A stretch of 64,000 bases of DNA. Source: Eledone cirrhosa. Taxonomy: Eukaryota. The position numbers and the translations under genes were made by a program. Positions 12,340 through 25,520 of the stretch are shown piece by piece. The notes beneath the pieces are model-generated. The model made no database searches and was not told where the DNA came from. It worked only from the letters and a program-made list of their open reading frames with translations. Every line of letters begins with the position of its first letter. Within the stretch, counting starts at the first letter, position 1. Location of the stretch: positions 124,001 to 188,000 of the forward strand of contig CAXHJY010001284.1 in the NCBI GenBank assembly GCA_964016885.1, written 5' to 3'.

Positions 12340-14121
12340 GATCGTGGTGGTAGTGGTGGTGGTGGTGTGGTGGTGGTGTGGTGGTAGTGGTGGTGGTGGT
12401 GTGGTGGTGGTGTGGTGGTAGTGGTGGTGGTGGTGTGGTGGTAGTGGTGGTGGTGGTGTGGTGGTGGTGTGGTGGTGGTTGTGGTGGAGTGGTGGCAGTG
12501 GTGGTGGTGGTGGTGGTGGCGGTGGTTGTGGTGGTAGTGGTGGTGTTGGTGGTGGTGGTGGTGGTGTTGCTGTTGCTGTTGATGGTGGTGGTGGTGGTGG
12601 TTGCGTGGTGGTGGTGGTAGTGTTGTTGTTGTTGTTGGTGGTGCTGGTGGTGCTGGTGATGTTGGTAGTGGTGGTGGTGTTGATGGTGGTCGTGGTAGTG
12701 GTGGTGGTAGTGGTGGTGGTGGTGGTGGTGGTGGTAGTGGTGGTGGTGGGGGTGGTGTGGGGGGGTGTTGCTGTTGTTGTTGTTGGTGGTGGTGGTGATG
12801 GTGGTGGTGGTGGTGGTGGTGATGGTGGTGTTGGTAGTGATGGTGGTGTTGATGGTGGTGGTGTTGATGGTGGTGGTGGTGGTGGTTGTAGTAATGGTGG
12901 TGGTGGTGGTTTTATTGTTGTTGTTGGTGGTGGTGTAGATGGTGGTGGTGGTGGGTGTGGTAGTGTTGCTGTTGCTGTTGATAGTGGTGGTGGTGGTGTT
13001 GTTGTTGATGTTGTTGTTGTTGGTGGTGGTGGTGGTGGTGCTGGTGGTAGTGGTGATGGTGGTGGTGGTGGTGGTTGTAGTAATGGTGGTGGTGGTGTTG
13101 TTGGTGCTGTTGTTGCTAGTGGTGTTGTTGTTGTTGGTGCTGTTGTTGTTAGTGGTGTTATTAGTGGTGCTGTTGTTGGTGCTGTTGTTGTTAGTGGTGT
13201 TGTTGTTGGTGTTGTTGTTGGTGTTGTTGCTGTTGGTGGTGTTGGTCGTGTTGCTGTTGTTGTTGTTGTTGGTGTTGTTGGTGTTGTTGGTGTTGTTGGT
13301 GTTGTTGGTGTTGTTGGTGTTGGTGGTGGTGGTCGTGTTGCTGTTGTTGTTGTTGTTGGTGTTGTTGGTGTTGTTGGTGTTGTTGGTGTTGTTGTTGGTG
13401 TTGTTGGTGTTGTTGGTGTTGTTGTTGGTGGTGTTGTTGTTGGTGTTGTTGTTGTTGTTGGTGGTGTTGTTGTTGGTGGTGGTGGTCGTGTTGCTGTTGT
13501 TGTTGTTGTTGTTGTTGGTGTTGTTGGTGTTGTTGGTGTTGTTGTTGGTGTTGTTGGTGTTGTTGGTGTTGTTGTTGGTGGTGTTGTTGTTGGTGTTGTT
13601 GTTGTTGTTGGTGGTGTTGTTGTTGGTGCTGTTGTTGTTGGTGTTGTTGTTGTTTGTGCTGTTGTTGTTGGTGTTGTTGTTGTTTGTGCTGTTGTTGGTG
13701 GTGGTGGTGGTGGTGATGGTGTTGTTGGTGTTGTTGTTAGTGGTGTTGTTGGTGTTGTTGTTGTTGTTGGTGTTGTTGTTGTTGTTTGTGCTGTTGTTGT
13801 TGGTGTTGTTGTTAGTGGTGTTGTTGGTGTTGTCGTTGGTGCTGTTGTTGTTGTTTGTGCTGTTGTTGTTGGTGTTGTCGTTAGTGGTGTTGTTGTTGAC
13901 ATTAGTGTTGCTATTGGTGTTACTGTTGTTGTTGTTGGTGGTGGTGGTGGTGGTGGTGGTGGTGATGGTGTTGTTGGTGTTGTTGTTAGTGGTGTTGTTG
14001 GTGTTGTTGTTGTTGGTGTTGTTGTTGTTGTTGTTGGTGCTGTTGTTGTTGTTTGTGCTGTTGTTGTTGGTGTTGTCGTTGGTGGTGTTGTTGTTGTCAT
14101 TAGTGTTGCTATTGGTGTTAC

Positions 14122-14152
<31 letters not shown>

Positions 14153-14815
14153 GATGGTGTTGTTGGTGTTGTTGTTAGTGGTGTTGTTGGTGTTGTTGTT
14201 GTTGGTGCTGTTGTTGTTGGTGCTGTTGTTGTTGGTGTTGTTGTTGGTGTTGTTGTTAGTGGTGTTGTTGGTGTTGTTGTTGTTGGTGTTGTTGTTGTTG
14301 GTGCTGTTGTTGTTGGTGCTGTTGTTGTTGGTGTTGTTGTTAGTGGTGTTGTTGGTGTTGTTGTTGGTGGTGTTGTTGGTGTTGTCGTTGTTGTCGTTGT
14401 TGGTGGTGTTGTTGTTGTTGTTGGTAGTGGTGCTGGTGTTGTTGGTGTTGTCGTTGTTGTCGTTGTTGGTGGTGTTGTTGCTGTTGGTGGTAGTGATGCT
14501 GGTGTTGTTGTTAGTGGTGTTGTTGGTGTTGCTGTTGGTGTTGTTGTTGTTGTTGTTGGTGCTGTTGTTGTTGGAGTTGTTGGTGTTTTTGGTTTTGTTG
14601 TTAGTGGTGTTGTTGGTGTTGGTGTTGTTGTTGTTCGTGTTGTTCGTGTTGTTCGTGTTGTTGTTAGTGGTGTTGTTGGTGTTGGTGTTGTTGTTGGTGG
14701 TGTTGTTCGTGTTGTTGTTAGTGGTGTTGTTGGTGTTGCTGTTGTTGTTGTTGGTGGCGTTGATATTAGTGTTGTTATTGGTGTTTCTGATAACGCTACA
14801 ATTGGTGTTGTTATT
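12340..14815. repeat. Compound GTT/GGT trinucleotide low-complexity tract (Thr/Pro-rich on minus strand)
   Basis: Direct reading. Internal longer repeats, e.g. CATTAGTGTTGCTATTGGTGTTACTGTT near 13900 and 14098. Confidence 0.9.
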
Positions 14816-15116
14816 CTATGAACATTATTTTAATGACATCCCACTAACCAATTTATTTACAGGAACAGGAACAGAGGGGATTCAGTCTTTTGCATATTCA
14901 CGTTTACACACAAATACAAACACAAGCACGCACACACATACACACGTGTATAGGTACACATACATTTGTACACATATTGGCATATATATAAACATATGAA
15001 AATATCCAGCTAGCTAGGTACTTAGATAGACAGTCAAATGAATAGATAGATAGAGCGATAGAAGGGGAGAAATTATGGGAAGCATTCACACACATATTTA
15101 TATACACAAATAAATA

Positions 15117-15271
<155 letters not shown>

Positions 15272-15778
15272 GTGCGCGCGCGTGTGTGTGTGCGTTTGTG
15301 TGTGCGTGTTTAATATATCTCTCACTATATGCTACACAAACACAGAAGGATCTCTGCATGAGGCAAGGTTATTAAGATAATTTAGTCTAGTATAAATTGA
15401 ACAATATACACACAAAATGTCTCTAGTAGATAGCATTATGGCTTTCACGTCTCGAAACGGATGTGGTATCTAGAAACATCATGTTTAATGTCGTCCAACA
15501 AATTTAGACAATTTCAGAATTATGTAAAATGTGCTGAGTCATGTAATGGTAGGATGGTGGTAAGATCTCTGGAATTGCAAGTTGCTACTCTGCAAATCAG
15601 CACTTTGAAAATCATGATATCGTATACTTGTGGTTTAGTATTAATGAATCCAGAACAATGTATCTATCTATCTATCTAATTATATATATATATATATATA
15701 TAAATGAGCGGAACAAGTAATCATCAAACAATCTTTTAAACAAACTAAAAAACGATTTAAATATTCACCTGTTCTATT

Positions 15779-15858
15779 GCCGTTACCAACGGTTTCACTA
15801 ATCAAAAGATTGGAAATTCACAGAATTTCCAATGGAAAGAATTAGATCTTCAGACAGC
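15779..15858 (-). ncRNA. Type-I hammerhead ribozyme motif (inverted copy)
   Basis: Minus strand: GCTGT-CTGAAGA-TCTAAT...ATTAGT-GAAA-CCGTTGG-TA-ACGGC. Confidence 0.6.
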
Positions 15859-16338
15859 TATTTCCATACTATAAGGGTATAAAGCCTCATAGTAAGTTAA
15901 TATTTCTTTTCCTTCCCGTTGCATGCGGTCAAGCCGTTAAAGTGACTTACACACAAAAATAGGCCATGAGTAAAAGCGGGTTATTATAAACTTGTTGACC
16001 ATGCCGCTAAAAATAGCAGCGCGATACAACGTTTTGTTCTCTACATATCGGAGAAAAATTATAAAAGGGTATGGATATTCCGACAGGCACTAAGTACCTA
16101 TAGAAATATGCATGGTGTTTATAATAGTTGTGGTTCGATGGTACTAATTTGAGATTCCAGAACTAAAAAAATGAGCGCTGCTATTTTTAGCGGCATAGTC
16201 AACAAGTTTATAATAACCCGCTTTTACTCATGGCCTATTTTTGTGTGTAAGTCACTTTAACGGCTTGACCGCATGCAACGGACAGGAAGCGAAATATTAA
16301 CTTACTATGAGACTTTATACCCTTATAGTATGGAAATA

Positions 16339-16418
16339 GCTGTCTGAAGATCTAATTCTTTTCATTGGAAATTCTGTGAATTTCCAATCTTTTGATTAGT
16401 GAAACCGTCGGTAACGGC
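16339..16418 (+). ncRNA. Type-I hammerhead ribozyme motif
   Basis: Stem I GCTGT/ACGGC; core CTGAAGA; stem II CTAAT/ATTAG extended by ATTGGAAATTC-TGT-GAATTTCCAAT; GAAA; short stem III ACCG-T-CGGT; GUA cleavage triplet at 16411-16413. Confidence 0.68.
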
Positions 16419-16595
16419 AACAGAACAGGTGAATATTTAAATCGTTTTTTAATTTATTTAAAAGATTGTTTGATGATTACTTGTTCCGCTCATTTTTATA
16501 GTTCTGGTATCTCAAATTAGTACCATCGAACCACAACTATTATAAACACCATGCATATTTCTGTAGGTACTTAGTGCCTGTTGGAATATCCATAC

Positions 16596-16647
<52 letters not shown>

Positions 16648-16687
16648 CAGATTATATATATATATAATGCACATTATATATATATGC

Positions 16688-16718
<31 letters not shown>

Positions 16719-16732
16719 TATAAATATATATA

Positions 16733-16793
<61 letters not shown>

Positions 16794-16854
16794 GTAAACA
16801 GAAATAACAACACAATCGGTACAGTATATGGAAGGGATATATTAGGTTAACGCT

Positions 16855-16913
<59 letters not shown>

Positions 16914-17861
16914 GTATTTGTAGCCGATCACTCAGACTTTACGAAGAGCTGAGAGAATGTGGTTAATATTTAGAATGGTGTGCTCATGCGCGGAGATGCT
17001 ATAAAATAGCTTCTAAAATCGGATGAAGATCCATAAAGGCGGTATCTAGGAGATACGAGGTTCGATACCTCGTAGCGGCCAATGCAAACTTCTTATACTT
17101 CTATATATAGATGCACGTGAAGTAGCCGAAATATATGATGGAATTATATCAATGTATATACACCATAGATGTGACTGAGATTGTGTAAAAGTGTCTATAA
17201 ATTTACATATTTTTAGTATATATAAGATTTCTTTGTAGAACAACCTCACTTCTAAACAATAGCATGATATTTTTCTAGTTTCATATTTTATATTGAATTT
17301 ATGATCATCCACTAAAGTAAATTGTGATAATACCCCGCCCCTCATTATTTTGATAGCCAAATCTATTGTATGACTTCTTTCTAGTGCTCGGGAGAATTTG
17401 GCAACCAAGAACAGAATGCTAGACGTTTACAATCTTTATTAAAAACAGCGCCTTCAGAAGTGTCTGTTTCGATGGTAACAGCATATGCTCTTCTACTTTA
17501 GCCCAGGTGGTCCCCTTAATAACTGTTTTTTAGTCAATGATTGCCGTTACAGCTTTCCCTGGAAGCCAAAACTTAATATTGATTAGAGTTTTTATTCATT
17601 CAGAAGAGTGAAAGATCCACAGGGAATATCGTAGGAACAGACACGCAATACAATATCAAGGCTTGTTTATTAATATGCACAGGCAATTCTTCGAGTGAAA
17701 TTAAACGTGAAGAGTTAGGATCCATTTCATTGTGACTAATTAGACATCTTTCAATACAAAGAGTTTAATTCAAAACTTTACATTTACCCAGTGTTATATT
17801 AGCTTTACGTCAAGGATTAAGAATTTAGATAAATATTTCTGTTTTACAACTTACGCTGACA

Positions 17862-18022
17862 TGGTGGATTGGCAGTATCAGCTTAGTTACGTCCCTTTAC
17901 GGCCTGAGTTCAAATCCCGTCGAGGTTAACTTTGCCTTTCATCCTTACGGGGTCGATAAAATAAAGTACTATTAATACGCAGGGATAATTGCTGGCCTTG
18001 TGCCTAAAGTAGAAACAATTAT
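17862..18022 (+). mobile_element. tRNA-derived SINE
   Basis: TTGGCAGTATC, B-box GAGTTCAAATCC, and family core GCCTTTCATCCTTACGGGGTCGATAAAATAAAGTAC. Confidence 0.88.
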
Positions 18023-19659
18023 TGGAATTCGCGCCTTCCAGCTGGTTTTCACGAATACACGGTTATACATAGTTCATTAGAAACACGTATCAACACTTAC
18101 AAGTCGATATATAAACGCTTGAACTGGAGCAATTGACCGTCTGCTTCGAAAGCGGTAACTACTGTATCATCAGAATGCATCACCTCTCTGCGGTACCCAC
18201 GTAGTTCTACAGTACTAAATACCGTACAAGAAGACGTTTGTTAGCTAAAAGATACCAACTCTCTGAGGTACCCCCTACGTATTTGGCCTGTACTAAACAA
18301 ATTGCAAGATAATATTTGTTAACTAAAAAAAATCTTAGTTGACTAAGTAGTATATGTCTAAGTACGTATATGTATTACTAGTTCTGGCGTAGTTGCCTAC
18401 GAGTCTACTTCTGTTGTTAATGTTTAAGAAATATTTCTTCGTTAAGTTAATTGGTCCGAAAACGTCTTCTAATAAAATCATTTCTGCATCAAATGATTTA
18501 AATTTATAAGACTTCGTAATTACAGGTTTAATATCCTGCAGCATAGAACATTTTGATAGCTGGATTTATTGTTAGCGAAACACCTAAATCAGTGATAAGA
18601 AACTCCCAGAAGAATTAAGCAGCAGAAGGTCTTCAGAGAAGAACCCACCACCCTTATGCAAGTGTTTCAGCCCTTAACGGTTTACACTTTAAATGGGCCG
18701 AGCTGCACTCAGATTATGACATCTGGATGCCCTGCTGCTGACAGTTTTTAGCGATTCGGGTATCGGAGACATCTGTATTTAAACGTATGGAGATTTTGTT
18801 TACAAGATCTAGCTGGAATCCCTCTCCGTTGCCTCCACTAAACTTATATTTGAAAGCAGAGACAATGTTTAACAAATGAGTGATTGATGAGAAAAGAAAT
18901 TCTCAGTATAACATCTGATCAGCTGTCAAATAATACATGGAAAGGTATCTTAAAACATTAGGGTACGTTCATAAAGGTTTGATTGGTTTCGACAGTTAAA
19001 TGGAAGCCATAGATATTATATCACCTATGATGATATAATGGCTTACATCACGCACAACTAATTCAGAAATAAAACTTAGATACTGCCTCTGTCAACGATC
19101 CCTTTTGGAGAAGTTCTGCGAATAGTCAATTCAATGAAGAGTATTTCTTGTTTGTTTTTATGCAAAAAATATATGAGAAAGTGCCTCAGAGAAAATAAGA
19201 GGCTTACTGGTTCTTTCTAGGATTTACAGATCTTTAAAAAGTGACCTTTTAATTATACTTAGAATAAATCGTATCATAGTCTGGGTAATGAGTGCAATCT
19301 TATTGCAGAAGATAACACATATGACGTTTGGCAACTGCACAACTCTTTTGATTTGTTTTATCTTTAAAAAGATTTATCCTGGTCATTTTGACGGAGGTGA
19401 GTGAATTATTTTCTAAGTGTAGAGGAAACTTATAGATTTGAGAAAATAATGGACCGAACTTAATTTACAGTTTAATTTAAGACTAGTGTCCCTGAAGCCT
19501 CAGAAGAAGCTGCCGGTAAAGCATTAATATTTTAGGACTTCATGGTCAATACAGATAATTGTAACTATGAAGGAATTAATTAGTTTCGCTTTGTTTTTTT
19601 TCATCAAATAACGCAAATTTATTTTTTTAAAGATGAAATAAATTACAATTTATCAACGT

Positions 19660-19755
19660 TTGCTCATGGACACAACGTATCACCCGGTTAAAGTATTGAA
19701 CTCACAATCTCCCGATTGTCAGCCCGATGGTCTAACCACTAAGCCATGTGTCTTC
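19660..19755 (-). mobile_element. Fragment of a second tRNA-derived SINE family
   Basis: Minus strand has TGGCTTAGTGGTTAG (A box) and GAGTTCAATAC (B-box-like), followed by GTTGTGTCCATGAGCAA. Confidence 0.65.
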
Positions 19756-20292
19756 GCAATTCAGTTTAAAGTTGGTTTATTAAAAGTTTTCCCGATGTCT
19801 ATGGACAGAACTGCCAGAGAGAGAGAGAAAGAATAGTTTGCCAAGTACAATAACGAGCAACTGCAGAATACCGTGGTGATCCAACCATTTCTATTGATAT
19901 TATTTTAGGAAATTAACAATATATTTTAATACCTATGACTTGGTTTCTTTTCTCATATCAATTCTTTTACATTATATCATATTATAGCCTCACGTTTGAT
20001 GTAATTCCGGATAATATATTCAAATATATGCAGTATTTTGAACAAAAATATATTCTTGTCTTGGCAAAATATTTATTATAATAATATCTGATTCTTTTGG
20101 TGCTTTAAATTCGGAGTTGCAAGAGCTTTCCCCGAAAATTGAACAAAACAATGAGTTTATCTCTTTATTTTAATGTATTTTTATTTAACTATATTTTGAC
20201 TCGGTTTCTGCTAGGTTTCACTTTTGGCTCATATTAATAACCAGAATATGTAAACGAGAAAATTCCACTGATGAATGAAACATATTTATGTA

Positions 20293-20328
<36 letters not shown>

Positions 20329-20346
20329 TATATATATAATATAATA

Positions 20347-20426
<80 letters not shown>

Positions 20427-20647
20427 TATAAGTATATTTATATATATAGTAATAATATATATATAAATATTTATATATATAGTAATAATATATATATAAA
20501 TATATAGTAATAATATATATATAAATATATATAAATATATATTTATATATATAGTAATAATAATAAATGTGAAGACTAAAATCCAAAGAGGGCTCGATAA
20601 GGATAAATATATATCAAATATATAAGAACCCTGGAGCAAATATTTAT

Positions 20648-21155
20648 TAAAATAACAGATTAAAGTTTAAGCAAAGAATTGCTGCTTTCACCCTCAACGG
20701 GATCTTCTGAAACTAAAAAAAAATCAATTTGTGAACGCAGAAGTAAATATTTCGAAAAACGTTGCAACCGAATGAAAACAGGAAGACGATACTTTGGTTC
20801 GTGAAGACGTTCCCTGACAAGGAACGGAAAAAAGTGAAGATAATACGTCGTTATGTGGAACGGAAGAACAATTACACGCAAAGACAAAACCACGTTTATG
20901 GTATAAATGGAGTCATTAGAATAATATTCTATTTAGGAAACCGAATGAGTATTATTACTTTTATGATTTCAACAACCTCTGTCATTTTCGTTCAACCAAC
21001 TCACCTACACTATTCTCTTCCTGTTTTCCCACGGTTGCAACGTTTTTCGAAATATTTACTTCTGCGTTCACAGATTTATTTTTTTTGGTTTCAGAAGAAC
21101 CCGTTAAGGGTGAAAGCAGCGATTCTTTGCTTAAACTTTAATCTGTTATTTTATA
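20648..21155. mobile_element. Fold-back element, ~140-bp arms (20648-20790 / 21012-21155)
   Basis: TAAAATAACAGATTAAAGTTTAAGCAAAGAAT...AAAACAGGAAGA is mirrored by TCTTCCTGTTTT...CTTAAACTTTAATCTGTTATTTTA. Confidence 0.8.
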
Positions 21156-21554
21156 TATATATAACAATTGTTTCACCTAGGTAGTGACAATTATTTCACC
21201 TAGGTGAAACAATTTTTCTCGGTATATACTATACATACATTCATATATACAACGCTATTTCAGAGCACCAACCCTAATACCTAATTGTTACTGGACCAGC
21301 AATCGCTCTGTATAATCAGATCCTGATTATTACTGGAATTCTATAAGAATCCAGCTTCTATAATTTTCGGCGGAAGCAGGGAGTGCGTGGCTCCGATGAT
21401 CACCAAACAGCGTTAAACAGACTATTCGCTTCTCTCCCTTCTTTCGCCGAAGAGAAGTAAGTGACATAGTCACTACTTTAAAACCGATAGCGTATGGTCT
21501 TCAAAATGTTTTTAATTAAACATACGGTATATTGCCAAATATACTATACATACA

Positions 21555-21630
<76 letters not shown>

Positions 21631-22189
21631 GTATAAAATGATAAGTGTGAAGAGCAAATAGACAAAAATATACATAATTTGCGAAGCGTTATGCTGCCAA
21701 TAAAATACACGCACCTGTTGATTTCACTTCTAGTATAATTTACTATTATAAGTTCTCGCTAGTGTACTTTTAAAAGGAAAGCTAGCGAAAATTCCACTAT
21801 GAAAAAGCTCATCAGTATTCTACCGACATCACAGAATGGGTCTTGGGGGCTCACTTTAGATCATTCAGACAAAAATTATATCTACACACAGAAAAGACGC
21901 AATGCTCCAATAGATTATTGAAGTGACAAACATAAACGAACTCCTACAAAAACTAAATAGGAAGCACGAGTGGAATAGCAACAACCTCGCGATGTAGTGA
22001 CTAAGGGCAAGATAAAGAGACTCACAAGAATTACATTTATAAAATAAACCGGACACACACAGACAGAACAAGTAACCAAGAGGTAGAAAAGAGTGAAACT
22101 AAATAAATGAATACATATAAATAAATAAACATATTTTTTTTTAAATACACACAAACTCGAATATAACGCATGCGCAGCCCAAGTACACA

Positions 22190-22392
22190 GCTCACAAAAA
22201 CAAGATGGTGTAAGGCAGAACAAAGGAGAATCACAAAATAACAGCAAATGTAGCCAGTAGGGACGTCACAGAATGTGTGACGAAAGAGCTTTGATGACAA
22301 TCAACAACTAACCAGCATGGAAATTAAGATAATAAATTGAAGTGAAATCTAACAATTGCGTGTGTTCATTATTGGCAGCATGATCCTCCAAA
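22190..22392 (+). mobile_element. Diverged third copy of the 23490-23700 arm
   Basis: CAAGATGGTGTAAGGCAGAACAAAGGAG...GTCACAGAATGTGTGACGAAAGAGCTTTGA...TGCGTGTGTTCATTATTGGCAGCATGA. Confidence 0.65.
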
Positions 22393-22394
22393 CT

Positions 22395-22468
<74 letters not shown>

Positions 22469-22742
22469 ATACTTTGGGAGGGTCATGTTGCCAATAAGAA
22501 GCACACGCACCAGTTGCTTTCAATTCAATTTATTATAAATTAAATTTATAAATTTAGGAATTTATAAATTTCCGGTTGGTTGGTTGGTTCCACAACCAGA
22601 CGATTGTTCATATATTGTCAAAGTTCTTTCGTCACACATTCTGTAACCTCTTCAGTAACTGGGGATTCTTTTCTTTGTTTTTGTGCCTCTCCTTTGTTCA
22701 GAAACGAAATATATATATATATATATATAGTTTGTATATCAA

Positions 22743-22925
22743 ATAATTGTTTCTACTTTTGGCACAAGGTCATCAATTACCCAGTGCATTACTGGTACTT
22801 TATTTTATCGACCTCGTAAGGATGAAAGGTAAAGTTAACCTCGGCGGGATTTGAACTCAGAATGGCAAGGGCCGTAACTCTATGCATCAAAGCATGGTGT
22901 CCGACCCTCTACTGATACTACCAAT
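22743..22925 (-). mobile_element. tRNA-derived SINE
   Basis: Family core match. Confidence 0.88.
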
Positions 22926-23544
22926 AACAAAATTTGATTAAGCTATGTTTTGAGACATCTTAAAATCTGACATTCCTCATCACTTCGACATCAGCCATAC
23001 TCACTAATTCATAACACTCCAATATATTTTCACTTCTCTCACTTTCTGACCATCCATTGTTGGCGCACAAATTACTATGCCTAATCACGTGACTGCCGCT
23101 AACCAATAAAATCGCAAATAGCAATTTTGAGCCACTTTTTGTGGCGCGAAAGCTGCTGTACCTAATCACGTGACTATCATCAACCAACATAATTGAAATT
23201 TAAACAAATAGCAATCTGAGTCACTTATTTTGTATTAAACAGAAATAGTTTTCGAACTCCAGATAGATGTAAGACACACCACAACAGTAACACAAACCCT
23301 TCATCTCAATTTTACTTTTGATAATCATAAGAACTGTGAAACCGGTAAAGTAAATAAATATTCATAAAAGATTTCAGTTGCATTTTCAAATTCTTTTCCT
23401 TATATTTCTAACAGCGTGGGGCATTTAAAAAAAATAATACTTTCTTATATGCCTCTCCTTTGTTCTGTCCTACGCCATCTTGAAAAACAAGATGGCGTAG
23501 GACAGAACAAAGGAGAGGCACAAAAAACAAAGAAAAGAATCCCC

Positions 23545-23589
23545 AGTCACTGAAGAGGTCACAGAATGTGTGACGAAAGAACTTTGACA
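23545..23589 (+). ncRNA. Minimal type-I hammerhead-like motif (mirror copy at ~22617-22661, minus)
   Basis: GTCA-CTGAAGA-G-GTCACA-GAATG-TGTGAC-GAAA-GAAC-TT-TGAC, with stem I GTCA/TGAC, stem II GTCACA/TGTGAC, minimal stem III and a non-optimal CUU triplet. Confidence 0.5.
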
Positions 23590-23691
23590 ATATATGAACA
23601 ACCGTCCGGTTATGGAACCAACCAACCAACTGGAAATTTATAAATTCTGGTGCGTGTGTTTCTTATTGGCAACATGACCCTCCCAAAGCAT

Positions 23692-23762
<71 letters not shown>

Positions 23763-23838
23763 ATCTGTGTATATATATATGTGTGTGTGTAAATATATAT
23801 GTGTCTGTGAATGAATGAAATATTACATACACAATCAA

Positions 23839-23918
<80 letters not shown>

Positions 23919-24227
23919 GGGAGGGGAGGGAGGGAGGGATAGAGAGGGGGGAGAGAGAGAACTGTAACCAAGGTGACGATCATATGTTCAATAAACATGT
24001 TTTTATCGTCACAGTGAATAATATTTCCCGTGATATATATATACATAATATCTAAATATCTATGCATATATTTATATATGTACATATATAATTATATATA
24101 ATTATATATATAATTATATATAGAGAGAGAGATATAGATGAACACGTACAGAATCGTCAAACACATTCGAGGTTAGAGGACGTTAGATAAAAGCATATAC
24201 ATGTACACACATATATACATACAAACA

Positions 24228-24312
<85 letters not shown>

Positions 24313-24451
24313 GTTTATATATGATACGGGCATACAGTCAAAAACCGAATTTCTATCACTTTTTCCTCTCTCTTTTCCTCTCTATTTGCCCATCTATTTA
24401 TCTCTACATCACTCTGCATAGTGTGTGTGTATATATATATATATATTATAT

Positions 24452-24548
<97 letters not shown>

Positions 24549-24760
24549 TGATATATATATGAAATACTGTTGGCTTCTTGCTCACATTAATTTCTCTATT
24601 TTCATTTATATATATAATATATATATATAAGATATATATATATGATATATATATATATATATATATAATATATATATATAAGATATATATATATGATATA
24701 TATATATATATATATATAATATATATATATATATTATCAATCATATATACCTATGTATTT

Positions 24761-24796
<36 letters not shown>

Positions 24797-24819
24797 ACTA
24801 CATAGATATAACTATCTAT

Positions 24820-24866
<47 letters not shown>

Positions 24867-25289
24867 ATGTGTCTGTATGAGTGCATATATATGCGTTAAC
24901 ATAATAGAACTTATATGTAGACAGACACATTGATGCGTAAATTCAAACACGCAGATGCACATACGCACATCCGTCGAATCCCCTTCTTCCTCATTACTCC
25001 CCCACCACACACATACCAATCGACCTTCCCCACTGTCCCAGCTGCAGTGGTATTCGATCACCGACTTATATAGACCTACAAAGACAAAAGACCAAGCGAC
25101 AAACACAAATACATAAATACATACACACCCATATATATAGAATCATGTATATACAGCTTTACACAGCAATATACACAAGCTCACACACCCACCTACATAC
25201 CACCCAACTCACGCTGCGTCTCGCTGGCAGCGCAAGCTTTACGCTCGATAACAAATTTATAGCTGGAGACACATACATTCTTATATATG

Positions 25290-25343
<54 letters not shown>

Positions 25344-25456
25344 CACGTATATACATGTGTGTATGTATATATTATATGTTTATATATATATGTTTATATA
25401 TATATATGCATACGTATATACATGTGGGTATGTATATATTATATGTTTATATATAT

Positions 25457-25520
<64 letters not shown>

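Larger units (their letters stand above)
15702..16600. mobile_element. Penelope-like remnant with interleaved inverted repeats (A-B-A'-B') in (TA)n
   Basis: A 15702-16022 is inverted at ~16174-16495, and B 16066-16165 is inverted at ~16499-16600. Contains hammerhead cores and has TA tracts at both ends. Confidence 0.75.
22463..23700. mobile_element. Fold-back Penelope-like element (arms ~22463-22700 / ~23505-23700) with internal insertions
   Basis: ATTGTTATACTTTGGGAGGGTCATGTTGCC... mirrors ...GGCAACATGACCCTCCCAAAGCATAACAAT. Perfect inner palindrome at 23451-23519. TA tracts outside both ends. Confidence 0.78.

Noticed and set aside
17040-17082. tRNA-like T-arm ACGAGGTTCGATACCTCGT
   Set aside because: No convincing acceptor, D or anticodon arms upstream. 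At most a SINE or tRNA relic; tRNAscan-SE would decide.
18180-18330. Two diverged ~77-bp tandem units (CTCTCTG.GGTACCC...TTTGTTA.CTAAAA)
   Set aside because: Ordinary old local duplication with no further signal.
19000-19050. Pre-miRNA-like hairpin AAGCCAT...ATTATATCA/TGATATAATGGCTT
   Set aside because: Short, AT-rich, bulged stem with no recognised mature miRNA.
19340-19525. Possible micro-exons (AG...GTGAGT; CAG...GTAAAG)
   Set aside because: Splice-like motifs alone, with no recognisable protein similarity.
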